Assembly (NCBI RefSeq): GCF_037042905.1
Contig: NC_087251.1
Span: forward strand, 7,504,001-7,568,000
Direction: 5' to 3'
Source: Lytechinus pictus
Taxonomy: Eukaryota
Length of the DNA: 64,000 nt
Made by a program: the position numbers and the translations under genes. Shown here piece after piece: positions 1 to 11,917 of this stretch (its first letter is position 1; every line of letters starts with the position of its first letter). The notes beneath the pieces are model-generated. The model saw only the letters and a list, made by a program, of their open reading frames with translations, had not been told where the DNA came from and made no database searches.

Positions 1-72
1 GGTCTGTGCCTGCAGACCAAAAAAATGTCATCCATTTGATTTGGGATTTGACAATTTACATTGTAACTTGTA

Positions 73-1237
73 AGGGAGAGTGGGGTAAATAAGGCCACCT
101 TTTTCATAAATTCCAGTCATGTCTTTTTTAATGCATAGGCCATAGCAGTAGAAACATGATGTCTAATACAAAGTCTACAGCATCAAATATCGTTTTCAGG
201 GGGCCGTATTTGCCCCATCAAAATTGAGCAAATGAGGCCCTTTGATTAAAGACTATTTTGTGTAGATATATTCAAAGTAATAATAGTTCAGTTGGTTTAA
301 TACAATCACTGAACATTTACTTGTAACAATCACAGGATTGATATTTAATTATTTCCCCAAAGTCCCTCATTTAAGGATTTATTTATCAATCCTATGAAAT
401 ATGGACACTTTAAGTGTAAATACATGTAAGCAATTGTGGAGATGTCTACACTTACATTTTACTGTTTTAAAGAGAAATTCCAGTAGTTGTACATGTAGTA
501 AACACTGATTTCATGAGAAAGTCTGTAAAACCAGGCTTAATTGTCAGTATATCATCGAGGATCTAGATCTGGTACAGTTACATAAACTGAACTTTGTGAA
601 ATCTTGAAATCTACGCTGAAAAATGTTCAGACTGAACTTCCCCAACACAGATAAGCGCACGTGGGACTGTGTATAATTAGTGCTTCCCGAATCCTGTGCT
701 TATTTGCTGATTTCTCAGCAATTACACAATTTCTTCCAGAATCCTTTGGCACATGCGTTTTATTTATACAAACAGATAATTTGGTGGTAATTTCATTGGA
801 TTCTGTACGAACTCATTTTGATATCGTTACCAAAACTAGCATTTACCTTTAAGAGATGTAACCATACAGTGCTAATTATGTTTTAATCCGGGGGGGGGGG
901 GGCTCATTTGCCCCATCAGGCATGTTAAGTTCATAGGCCTCCAGTATATTAAAAAAAAGGAGGGAAAGTGGTGAATTTTGCAATGTACAGTATTGGCATG
1001 TACCATAATCATGCCTTTCAAACGTTAACTAAGAAAAAAATAATTACTCATTTTTATTTTGAGGTGCTGCTAAGTTTGTGCTCCTCCTGGTCATGTGCAT
1101 TGTACTATGAGACATTGTCTATGCTCAAGATAATGAACTGTTTCAAATACCACACAAACAGCAATCCCTTGACGCTGGCAAACTTGAGCAGTGATCTTAA
1201 AATAATAACTGGGGGCCTTATTTACCCCACTCTCCCC
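73..1237. mobile_element. Non-autonomous TA-TSD DNA transposon (Tc1/mariner-like)
   Basis: 24-bp TIR AGGGAGAGTGGGGTAAATAAGGCC / GGCCTTATTTACCCCACTCTCCCC (1 mismatch), flanked by TA. Confidence 0.8.
471..848. mobile_element. TTAA-TSD MITE (Kolobok/T2-like) nested in the 73-1237 element
   Basis: TTAA at 467-470 and 849-852; imperfect TIR; related inverted copy near 31168-31554. Confidence 0.7.
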
Positions 1238-1389
1238 TACATGTATGCTTACATATTGAAATAGAGGGAGAGAAAGGGAGGGGGATGTAAAAGAAATATG
1301 ATTTACATGTACACTTTCTGAATGTGGGAAAAAAACGAAATTGGTATAATCATACACATTATGGCATCTGTTTGTATTTTTGTTGACAG

Positions 1390-1486
1390 ACTTTGGAACT
1401 CGTCCTGTTGGATATCCCACAAATGATGACAGTTTTAGGTGGGGTTGTCATGGAACTCCAAGATTGTTCTCTACCTCTTGTCCAGA
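1390..1486 (+). CDS. MDH1: MDH1 exon (97 nt) [32 protein letters not shown]
   Basis: gacag| acceptor, |gtgagt donor. Confidence 0.95.
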
Positions 1487-4400
1487 GTGAGTTTTATCAT
1501 TGCATATATATTGGAAGAAAAGGGCAATGACTCTTGAAGTGAATTTCTATTTCGATTTTACCCATGTAACTTATTTGTCCCAAATGCTCAAATTTGTGTA
1601 TTGTAGCTGAACTACATGTATATCTAGACTTGAAAATGAAAATCTTTCTTTTATGGAAATATAACATGGTTTCACTTCATTTTCCATTCATATTAGAATT
1701 ATTTATTTGTGATATATACATTTTTTATTCATTTTAAACCAGTATGATAAGAATTAAAGGAATATTTGGTCAGTTTTAAGGTTTTTTGGGTCACTTCCCT
1801 AACAGTTTAAATGTTTACAAAAATTTGTAAATGTTCTTTGTGTTAATGGTCGTTTAAATATTGGTTAAATGTTTTGACTCAGGCCTAGTCAATTTTAAGG
1901 TACATTTGTCCTGTTTCCAAATGGTTGAACTGTTGAGCAAAGTTTGTAAACTTTTTTTTTGTCAACAGTCATTTGAATGTCCGTTAAACGTTAAAATAAG
2001 AATTCTAAACCAGTTTCATTTCATATTTTATCGCTGCACTGGGGTCCAATTGGTGCAATGCTGTTGTGACCCAGTATAATGAAAGTGATGACCCACCATC
2101 CCCTTGTGAATTGTGCACACTTCAAATGTTGGGCAACATACTGTCCACTGTGTTGGGTAATGTATGTTGGTAAAAAATATATATATTCTGGGCAATTATT
2201 AAGCAAATTTATTACCCAATTATTTTTTATTACCCAATTTGGACAGATTTTAACCAATAGTTGTGTGGACTGTATGTTGCCCAGTGATGGTTAATAATTG
2301 TGCCTTTTTTGCCCAACCTTTTTAAGAGTGAGTATCCCTTGCGCTTTTAAATTGTCTGTCCTGGCCAAACTTGTTTCTGATTATAAGGTGCATCTCCAAC
2401 TTTTGGTGTTTTTACGGGGGGGAAAATACATGTCTTACTTTACTTTATGAATATGTGAGCCATTGACAATATAGAATAGGGAACTGATTCCGATTTGACA
2501 CACTCTTTGTTTGTTTGAATGCTTTTCAAGTATTAAATAGATTGGGTATTAATGTACCTTATGGGGCATATATATATATTTAGTGAAAGAAGAGAACATT
2601 GGAAGGCGTAGCTTAAATTAAGGTTCCCCAGAGCTACCTGCCCTTTATAAAAATTGGTGATGCCGGAAAACAGCTTCTGCCGGGAATCGAACCCAGGCCC
2701 TCAGCTTTGAACGCTGGAGCCTTAACCACTAGACCACAGTGATGGGTTAGTGGCTAGGGCAACCCCTGTCCGATTGACCGTCAGATAAACAGATTTTTGA
2801 CACCACTAATTAAATTTTGAACAATGACAAGCCGCCATACCTCAGCTGGATCAAAGCTATTGCTTAGATAGCCTACAGTACGTGTATGGGACAAATTATA
2901 CAAATGTGAGAAATTATACATGTACAGCAGCTTTGGCAACATATGTTGTGAAAGAAATGAAGAGAACAAGGGTAGGCATAGCTTAAATCAAGGTGCCCAA
3001 GAGCTATCTGCCCTTTTTTTTTTGCTTTGCCCCTCTGCCACTCATACATTGTATGTATGTATACTAGTGTGCACAATTTTTAGTGTACCGGTAACATGAT
3101 TTTGAATGCATTTTTGTGATTTTTCTAAATAGAGATTACTGAAACTAGTGATGCGAAAGAGGCATTTACTGATGTTGATTTTGCTGTCCTCGTGGGAGCC
3201 ATGCCCCGTAGGGAGGGTATGGAACGTTCTGATCTTCTCAAGGCCAATGTCAAGATATTTGAATCCCAGGGAAAAGCTATCGATCAGTTTGCTAAGAAAA
3301 CAGTCAAGGTAAAAAATATTTTTTCCAATTATTTTAGAAGGCTTTAAGATGACATGCTGAATCTCATTAGGATTATTCCAGTTTCTTAGATTCCACCACA
3401 TTAGTATTATATGATTTGGGATTCGGGTGAAATCCTGGTGGTTTCAAGCTGTGGGATGATTCCATAGTGGTTTAGTATCAATAAACAACACTGATGACAA
3501 TATATTTTCATTCATAAATCATTATAAAAACGGAATATACGTAAGGTTGCAACTAAGCTTTATGCATTATTTTAATGTACATTTATGATTTTTCAATCAC
3601 ATTGTTCAATACCATATGATTCTTTTTGATTTACCAAATATGAAATTCTTATTGACACTCTTTAGGTACTGGTTGTTGGAAACCCAGCCAACACCAATTG
3701 TTTGGTCTGCATGAAGTGTGCTCCATCTATACCTCAAGAAAACTTTACTTGTATGACAAGACTGGATCAAAACAGGGCCCAGGCTCAGGTGAGTTAATAT
3801 GAACCAATCTCATGCACAAATATTTAATATCTATTTCTTTGAGATTTTCTGTACCAATTTTGCCCAAATGAATGCCCACTATGTTTCACATAAATAATCT
3901 TACACCAATACAACAATTTCAATTCCACCTGTCGAAGTACACATGACATGCAATGTACAAGTGTCGTCTTTCTCTTTTCCACAGCCCTTTATAAATGCAA
4001 TAAGATGATCCTTACCGGTATATTGTAGTGCTGTAGCCGAACTGCCGAACCGAACGGAAGTTCGCCGAACTTGGCACTTCCGAACCGGACTGAACCGAAC
4101 CGAACGCAAAGGCCTGGTTCGGTGGTTCGGTAAAAAAAAAAAGGCACATTAATATAGCTAAATAAAATGCATAACAGTGGGGACTACATAGATTTAACTG
4201 TAAAATAAATAAAAGAATTATTGGTTAGTGATTGTGCACAATAAGAATTCCACCCAAAATATTTTTAAAATCCACTATGAAAGCTCCCATCTCATCTTTG
4301 ATTGAACTGTTATCAACTTAAGAATATTTTTATTAACATGAATATATTTTTTCTTGATAAAATGAGGGGACATTTGAAGCTAAACTCGGTATAAAAGTGT

Positions 4401-7400
4401 GATTAATTACATATTGTCGTAATCGATCGTGATCGTAAACGGACCTAATTATTTTGTGTTTAATAAAGAAAAGGACCAGACATATATTCATTCCTCATAA
4501 ATGACAGCTTCGGTCTCGTCTTTAATTGAATTTTTATCAGTTTCAATATTTTTATAAACATGAATTTATTTTTTTCTTCATAAAATGTGGGAACATTTTA
4601 AGCTAAACACAGTTCAAAAGTGTAGTTGAATTACGTATTGCTGTAATCGATCGTGATTGTAATCAGACGTACATGTAATTGTTTTGTATTCAAAAAAAGA
4701 AAAAGACAATACATAAATTAAAGGAGAATGAAACCCTTGAAACCAGCTGAATCAATATCAAAGAGAAAAATCAAAGAAACATAATGTGAAAGTTTGAGGA
4801 AGATTGAATGAATAATAAGAAAGTTATGAGCATTTGAATATTGAGATCACTAGTGCCATGTAGATCCTCCCATTGGCAATGCGACCAAGATCTGTGATGT
4901 CACACACGTACAACTCCCTCATTACTTTAGTACTTATTTCACTTATATTCTCACTTTTATAGAGTCTATCACAAGGTGAGGTATTTTCTTTATGAGATGA
5001 CAAGTACAGAGGTTTCACAACATTATATCATTGATGAATCATTTGTCATATGATTTAAATGAGCAAAAAGAGATGTTTTGGGGTATATTTTCAGTGTCCA
5101 AATGGGAGAGTTGTACGTGTGTGACATCACAGATCTTGGTCGCGTTGCCAATGGGAGGATCTCCATAGCATTAGTGATCTCGACATTCAAATGCTCATAA
5201 CTCTTTTATTGCTAGTCCTATTTTACTCAAACTTTTGTTGATCTTATTCTTTGATTTTTCTGCTTACACAAAAGCTAACTTGCTTCAAGAGTTTCATTCT
5301 CCTTTAATTCCTTGTGACAGACAAAGTAATGGTAAAGTATATTTCACCTTCTGAAATTTTCATGTTAAGATAAATGATAAATAAATAAGAGATGAAGGAA
5401 TGAGGGTAGAAAAAACAGAAAAGATAAAAATTCAAACCAAATCAACGCATGTTCCCTGATCGCGTTCCGGAAATGGTTGGTAAGGAAAGTTGAAACAGGA
5501 AGTCCAAACAACCTGCTCTCAGTTGCTATTATACAGGTAAAATTTGTATTCCGAATTCAAAACGTTTTTCCATTGTCAATATTTTCTAAAAAGTGGTTTA
5601 ATCTGGTCAATTACTGAAAATGAAATGATAAATTATCAGTTCCATCTTGGTTCTGAAGATCAACGCCGAGTGATTTCACAACACTAAAATACACAGTACA
5701 GTCCCATTTACTCATTTTCGTGTTGGAAATATGTTTGAAGTCACGTAGCGTCAATCTTTCTGGACCAAGAATGGACTGATATTTTATCTTTTTAAAGTAA
5801 TTGATTGACCAGATTTAACCACTTTTCAGAAAATAGGGACTTTCTAAAACATTTCATATTCTTTGGAATGTGAATTTTACCAGTATAATAACAGTTGAGT
5901 GGAGGTTGTTTGTCAACTGTTTCGACACTCTCGATCAACAATTTCCAATCGGAGAAGCTGCGTGCAGCGTTTGCAATGACATTGTAATCGATCATGATCA
6001 TAGCTACATGAAATAATCATGAAAAAAAAAATGATCTTTGTAATTCCATTTCTGTCCTGATTCTCTCATTATCAATATTTTTTCTTTGTTTTTTTTTATT
6101 TCATTTTAAAAATGAAAGTAGAAATGACTCTTATTTTTGTTTAAAGATTAAAATAAATAAAAGAAAGTTATGCAACAATTCTTATAACTATTCTTTTTAG
6201 AAACAAAATTTATTATAAATATGTGACGGATCTTTGTTAATATTATCTGTTCGAGGGTCGGCATTTCCTTATTTTATGTTAGTAATTTAATTTTGGCATT
6301 AATAGCTGAACCCCGAATCGAACCAAAGTTCGGAAAAAAATTGCCGAACCGAACCGAACCCGAACATGCCGCCTGACTTGCAGCACTAGTATATTGGTTC
6401 ATTTTTCTTATGATTTTGTGAATGATTTGCACATATTCTCAGATTGCCAGTCGTTTGAGTGTTGCTTGCAATGCTGTTAAGAAAGTTACCATCTGGGGTA
6501 ACCACTCCAGTACTCAATTCCCTGATGCTGCTCATGCTGTTGTAGACATTGATAGCCAGCAGCTTAAAGTTCCTGAAGCTGTCAAGGATGATGATTGGCT
6601 CAATGGAGAATTCATCAAGGTAGTCTTATTTTGAGTTTTTGCTCATATTAGATCTGTGCACACAATTCTCGCTACCCCAAATAGCGATTTCGCCGAGATC
6701 CGGGAAAAATCCCTGTAACGCGCATTGCATTATGGGATAGCTTTTCGGTATTACAACTTCCTGTTCGGAAGTCCAATGCACTGTTTTGCCATTCAGAACA
6801 ACAGTGCCGTCATCCACAACAACACAACGTCGCTTTCGCTTGGAAAGTTCGTGATCACAACCCTCTCTTTCACGATACAGTTTAACGGCCTTTTCTGCTG
6901 AAGTCACTTACTAATTCTGCCCGATGCTTTCCTTTGCACGGTATTCCTCTGTCAGTTAAGATTTGTTTAAGTTCTGAAACTGATTTTTTTATCCATTTTG
7001 TGGTCGACGAAAAATTGAACGGAATGAATGCTGTAGTGTATATATTTATAGCGTCTAGTCGAATACGGTCGTGATGTCAGGCCGGTCGCTGAATGCAAAA
7101 TTTTAAGATATTCATTTTTCGTTTTATTTTTTTATAACCAAATAAAAACATGAATAAAAATTATTTTCACGTGAAATATATTTTGTATTTTTATTCATAA
7201 TTCAAATGGAATCAAAACTGACCAAATTAAATAAAAAGTATAATCTGTACATATTACGCTGATTGGCATCGATTTCAACGTGGTGGAAAACTCAGTATCG
7301 CGAACCTCGCGCGAGCATGACTCTGAACCGGAAGTGGTGATGACGACCCGACGGAGTGAAAATTCTCTCGTCTCGCGCATTATGAGATTTTTGTTCCTAT

Positions 7401-9173
7401 TTGGGGTAGCGAGAATTGGAATGTGGATAATAACTGTCTCAAACTGATTTGGAAATGTTTATAATCTACCTAAGAAGAATTGTATGCTTTCTGATTAGTA
7501 TTTATAATCTACCCAGCAATTAGTTGATATTGTTAATTGAATTTGTCAAATTTCATCCCAAGATTTGGTCTACAAGATCAAGTTTAAAAAACATGAATGA
7601 AAAATAAATTTGGTTGATTGCTGTTTAGTTTATTATCCTTTTTCTTTTATTATTTTTTTTTGCATAATTAATCAAAGATGCCAATTTGAATACAACTATA
7701 TAATAGGTGTTCAAATGTTTAGTTAATTTCTTTTGTTGTAACATATTTCCCCAACCTTTAAAGGTCTTCTTGAATAGTTTTTCAGACGTAATGAAAAAAA
7801 TTAGCGGGGACAGTTTAAAATGGGGATAGCGGCTTGTAGGTGGAAGGTCAAGATTTGCAATTCTGGTTCATTGAATGTGTATTAATGAAGCGATTATACT
7901 TACTGCTATTTTTAACACGTTTGTAGACTGTTCAAGTCCGTGGAGCTAGTGTTATCAAGGCAAGGAAGCTATCCAGTGCCATGTCAGCTGCCAAGGCTAT
8001 CTGTGATCACTTGAAAGACTGGCATTTTGGCACTTCTGAGGTAAATTATTAGTCTTTGTATTTTACTACTTTTACTACCGTAAACTGAACATTTCTTTTC
8101 ATATTAGTAAATTAACCCATACTAGGCCAGGTTTTTGGGGTTGTTAGCTGGATGAGGGGGGGGGGTGAGTTGAATCAACCCCCCCCCCCTTTTGAGATCT
8201 TGGCCGCTGGTCGCCGCAAAAATTTGCATGATATAGTGTGGGATGTATTCTACAAGGATCTAATTCTGCTAATTTATGCACAAATTATACCTATAATCTG
8301 ATTTGCTAAGAAGGGCTTGTAGAGTGCTAATTTTAGGTGTGAATATTCTTTATACCATTCCTAACCAATGAAAAAATACAGTTTGAAAGTCAATTTTTTA
8401 CTTCAATTATTCAGGATGTATTTCTTAGTTTTCAACCTTTTGTTTTTCTTTGTTTTTTCTATCAAATTTTATTGCGGAAACATTTTGAAGCATAATTATG
8501 CTAAAACCATTAAATTTCATAATTCATACCTATGCTCTGATTTGCTGAAAAATGCTCTCAGAATGCTAATTTTTGGTGTAAATATTCTGTATACTGCTCC
8601 TAACAAATTTTGCAACTGCGTACCTGGATGCCAAAATTTGGTCTTGACAGATGCACAAGATTTCAAAGTAAAAAATCAGCAATTCGAAAAAATTTCGCCC
8701 AGTGGAATGATCATGTTTTGGAAGCTTTGTTAGGCCTACATTTGATCATTTCATTGGGATACTTTTGTTTGTGTGTCTTAAGTTTCTCAGGTGACGCTAG
8801 AGAAAATGGTGTTGCACTTGTAAATAAAGTTTTGAGGGTTGAAGAGAGTGATTTTTTTTGCTCCACAGGCCAAATCACCATGCCTGAATTATTACAGAAC
8901 ATGATCTCTCAATTAGACTCTATTAATATTTTGAGCTCATTTTCTTTCTTCTTGCAGGGTTCTTGGGTATCCATGGGAGTATACAGTGATAATAATCAGT
9001 ACGGCATTCCACAGGGCCTCATCTACAGTATGCCAGTCAACATTGGTAAAGATGGAAGGTGGACTGTTGTCCAGGGTCTTAGCATCTCTGACTTTGCTCG
9101 AGAGAAGATGGACCTGACTGCCAAAGAGCTTCTTGATGAGAAGGAAGTTGCTTTCCAATTTATCCAACAATGA
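1390..9173 (+). CDS. MDH1: Cytosolic malate dehydrogenase, 5'-partial spliced CDS: join(1390-1486,3133-3308,3666-3788,6443-6619,7927-8040,8958-9173)
   Basis: All introns are GT-AG and phases are consistent. Translation contains [63 protein letters not shown] and [12 protein letters not shown]. The N-terminal exons lie upstream of the window. Confidence 0.97.
2583..3016 (-). repeat. tRNA-derived repeat unit with about 65-bp terminal direct repeats
   Basis: Direct repeats 2583-2646 and 2948-3016; A box TGGTCTAGTGG and B box GGTTCGATTCC on the minus strand (2673-2743). Confidence 0.65.
3133..3308 (+). CDS. MDH1: MDH1 exon (176 nt) [58 protein letters not shown]
   Basis: tag| acceptor, |gtaaaa donor; substrate loop PRREGMER. 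Confidence 0.96.
3666..3788 (+). CDS. MDH1: MDH1 exon (123 nt) [41 protein letters not shown]
   Basis: tttag| acceptor, |gtgagt donor; catalytic Asp motif TRLD. Confidence 0.96.
4026..6388. mobile_element. Non-autonomous hAT-like transposon
   Basis: 8-bp TSD GTATATTG (4018-4025, 6389-6396); TAGTGCTG...CAGCACTA ends; subterminal CCGAA(C) arrays. Confidence 0.88.
4722..5303. mobile_element. TTAA-TSD MITE (Kolobok/T2-like) nested in the hAT element
   Basis: TIR AGGAGAATGAAAC / GTTTCATTCTCCT, TTAA on both sides; near-identical copy at 43623-44206. Confidence 0.9.
6443..6619 (+). CDS. MDH1: MDH1 exon (177 nt) [28 protein letters not shown]...WLNGEFIK
   Basis: ctcag| acceptor, |gtagtc donor; catalytic His in WGNHS. 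Confidence 0.96.
6663..7418. mobile_element. MITE with perfect 22-bp TIR
   Basis: CAATTCTCGCTACCCCAAATAG (6663-6684) / CTATTTGGGGTAGCGAGAATTG (7397-7418); no TSD evident. Confidence 0.8.
7927..8040 (+). CDS. MDH1: MDH1 exon (114 nt) [38 protein letters not shown]
   Basis: tgtag| acceptor, |gtaaat donor. Confidence 0.96.
8958..9173 (+). CDS. MDH1: MDH1 last coding exon [11 protein letters not shown]...[11 protein letters not shown]
   Basis: Polypyrimidine tract and tgcag| acceptor; TGA at 9171-9173. Confidence 0.96.
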   Translation, partial: GSWVSMGVYSDNNQYGIPQGLIYSMPVNIGKDGRWTVVQGLSISDFAREKMDLTAKELLDEKEVAFQFIQQ

Positions 9174-9215
9174 CCGACTGCTCGTGGAATGAGTACAGAC
9201 AAGTCTCGTCTCTGA
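9171..9215 (+). CDS. MDH1: Putative stop-codon readthrough extension of MDH1: (X)PTARGMSTDKSRL* carrying PTS1 SRL
   Basis: TGA CCG ACT GCT CGT GGA ATG AGT ACA GAC AAG TCT CGT CTC TGA in frame; parallels vertebrate MDH1x. Confidence 0.75.
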
Positions 9216-9375
9216 GACTCTGTTTAGTCTATTTCTATGGAGAAAATTAAATGGAAACAAATGTTAAGCATATACTATATGATTGATATAAAACTATTCA
9301 CCTGTTTGGTGTGGATTACTATTGTAGCTTTCTTTATTTGACCATTTGAATGTGCAGCTAATAACTGTTCATCCC

Positions 9376-9381
9376 AATAAA
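9376..9381 (+). promoter_or_regulatory. Candidate MDH1 polyadenylation signal
   Basis: AATAAA about 200 nt after the stop codon. Confidence 0.5.
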
Positions 9382-10348
9382 ACATGTTGGTTGGCCAGTT
9401 GAACTGGTATATATATAATCTTTGAATTTAATATCAATTTTCTGCCAGTTTGAAATATTGCTACCCATGGTACTTTTGCATCAAGACTTATTGTGGCATT
9501 GGAGTTGTGATGTTTGGTTTGCCTACAAATTCTGTATTTTGTTTTGATATGTTTCTCTTTTTTTCCACACTTTTATTATATTATAGTGCCCTATTTGATA
9601 GGTTCTGTATTTAAATCTGATATCTTATTTGAATTATTCTTTTTAAAATTAAAGTGATTTCATTTGTATTGACTCTCCTTTTAAAGTACTCTTTCCACGG
9701 CTTCGAAGCTATACTTCATATTTTAGACGCCAATGTTATACTAAGATGAGTATCCCACTGCTTTCCTGATTAAATATGGTAGCCAATCTTCAGTGACCTA
9801 TTTTTGTTTATTAAAGGTGATACAATCCTATCTTTAAATATTAGGGGCCTTAGGTGTGACTGTTGCAACTATTCTGAACATTTCAAAATAAGACATATGT
9901 ATAATCCTTGTACAGTCTTGAATTAGTGATCCATGAATTATTAAAAAAAAATATGTTGTTTTGACTCACCAAATAGAAAACTATACTTATGAAGTTATAA
10001 ACCTGTATATTTCATATATTTTTTTCTGTATTAATGATTAAAGCTTTTTATCTTTGACCAAATTGAAAATTGCTTCTAAGAAACAACAATTATTGTGCAA
10101 CTAAGTTGCAGAACTACTGATGAAAAGAAATAGTGAGATGAATTTTTTTCCTAATGTCTCTGGTACCCTGTGATATTGTGTTTTGTGCTTCAATTATGTA
10201 CTGCTTCTACTGAAGGCATCTTGTTTGATGTGATTAGTAGCCGATCAATAAAGTGATAAAACCGATAGATCTGTGTGAACAAGTGAGTCAAAGATTTGAT
10301 TGTCAATTGTGATGTTGTCACTCTGCAAGTTAAAGACCACATGCAATG

Positions 10349-11749
10349 CAGTGGCGTAACAGGCGGGGGGGCAGGGGGGGCAAGCTGCCCCCCCTGGCGG
10401 AGCTCACCGGGAAAATTAAAAAAAACGGGAAAAAGAAAAAAAAGGGGGGAGGGAAGGGAAAGGGAAAGGGAAAGGAAAAGGGAAAAGAAAACTAAGAAAA
10501 AACATAAAAAAGGGAAAACGGAAAGATAACGGGAAAAGGAAGGAAAAAAGAACAAGTGAGAAAGAACAATTCGCCCCGATATACAAATACATTAGCATGA
10601 TTAGTAAGACAGGGAAATAAATAAAAGATGACAAAAAGGCAAACAAAAGCGGGAAATAAAGGCAGAATGGAATTAGCCAAAATCTAAATGGGAAAATAAA
10701 TAGGGACAAGATAACGTACACTACCGGGCTGCCGAGGATTGAGATAACGAGCGGGAAGAAAAATGGATGGTATATAGCATAATGTCGTATGAAAGTCTAT
10801 CATAAAACTTGCTAAATCTCCGAAGGCTCTGTCCAAGAGTCAATTAGACCCCGTGCAGTGGGGGCTCTTCATCTGTAACCTTTAATGGGTTCTATAACGG
10901 GCCCCTATATGGACCCTTCCTGCATTAAGCTTTACGTTGAAGCACTGGCGTACCGGGGGTGGTTCCACAGCCAGAAGGAAATAAAAGAAAATAAAGAAGG
11001 CAGCGAAATGAGATGAATGAAAAAAAAATATATGACATGATATTTGCTATAATGATGTAAAAATCTATCACATAATTAGAATTTCATTTTAACAGGCCAT
11101 TTTTTTCTGGCTCGCTTCGCTCGCTGGCGACTTTTTACAAATTTTCCCACATTTGCTATGGTGTGCCCCTCACAATATTTGGATGATTCCGATACACACT
11201 TGAATTTATGTGTTGTGTTAAAGCTATATAAATATACACGCAATTTGATTAAAATAAGTGGCCATCTGTAAGGTTTAAAATGGCTTTGATATCAAGAGGT
11301 TCCGGGGCTCTGCCCTGGACCCCACCCATAAAGCATTGTTATATGGATGAGTTTGGACCATGGCCCCCAAAAGTTCTACAACCAAACAAACAAAAATGAG
11401 GAAAGAAAGGAAAGTGTATTATATTTTTCTGAATATCACGTAAAAATCTATCTTCATGTTAGATTCTCATGAAAAGGTGATTTTTTTATCTCGCTCGCTT
11501 CGCTCGCTCGGGACCTATATTAAGCTACTTCTTGCCAGAAGCGCCATACTCGGCCCCCTCGAGCATATAGAGCTTCGCCCTGATGCTCACAATCATAACA
11601 AAAATCCTGTTCACCGTGGCGTACAAAAAAAGAGAGAAAAAAGGAAAGATAGAAGGGTGAAATATGATATCATCTTTTTAACATTATGTCAAAATCTATC
11701 ACAAAATTGGATTTTTACAATAAAAATGTCAAAAGTTTTTGCTCGCTCG

Positions 11750-11795
<46 letters not shown>

Positions 11796-11917
11796 CCCGA
11801 TACGCCATATCGCCCCCTCAAAATTGTTGCCTTATGACGCCATTGCCTGTTCCATGATATGACCGGGAAATTTTTGGCTCTTGCCCCCCCTGGCCACCGA
11901 CCCCTGTTACGCCGCTG
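10349..11917. mobile_element. Non-autonomous hAT-like transposon between MDH1 and UGP2
   Basis: TIR CAGTGGCGTAACAGG / CCTGTTACGCCGCTG; 8-bp TSD ATGCAATG; contains (TA)n near 11754-11792. Confidence 0.9.

Noticed and set aside
2673..2743. Functional opal-suppressor or selenocysteine tRNA gene
   Set aside because: Acceptor stem is broken, position 32 is G, there is no long variable arm as in tRNA-Sec, and it sits inside a repeat unit.
3759..3776. LDQNR instead of vertebrate LDHNR as a sign of an inactive MDH1
   Set aside because: The catalytic Asp, Arg and His residues are intact, and Gln at this position occurs in other invertebrate MDH1 proteins as I recall.
8610..8957. N-terminal part of the 187-aa ORF
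   Set aside because: Intronic sequence open by chance; MDH1 similarity begins at the acceptor at 8958.
9147..9198. Alternative splicing as the route to the SRL tail
   Set aside because: The only GT...AG pair I found spanning the stop is about 52 nt with a weak donor and shifts the frame.
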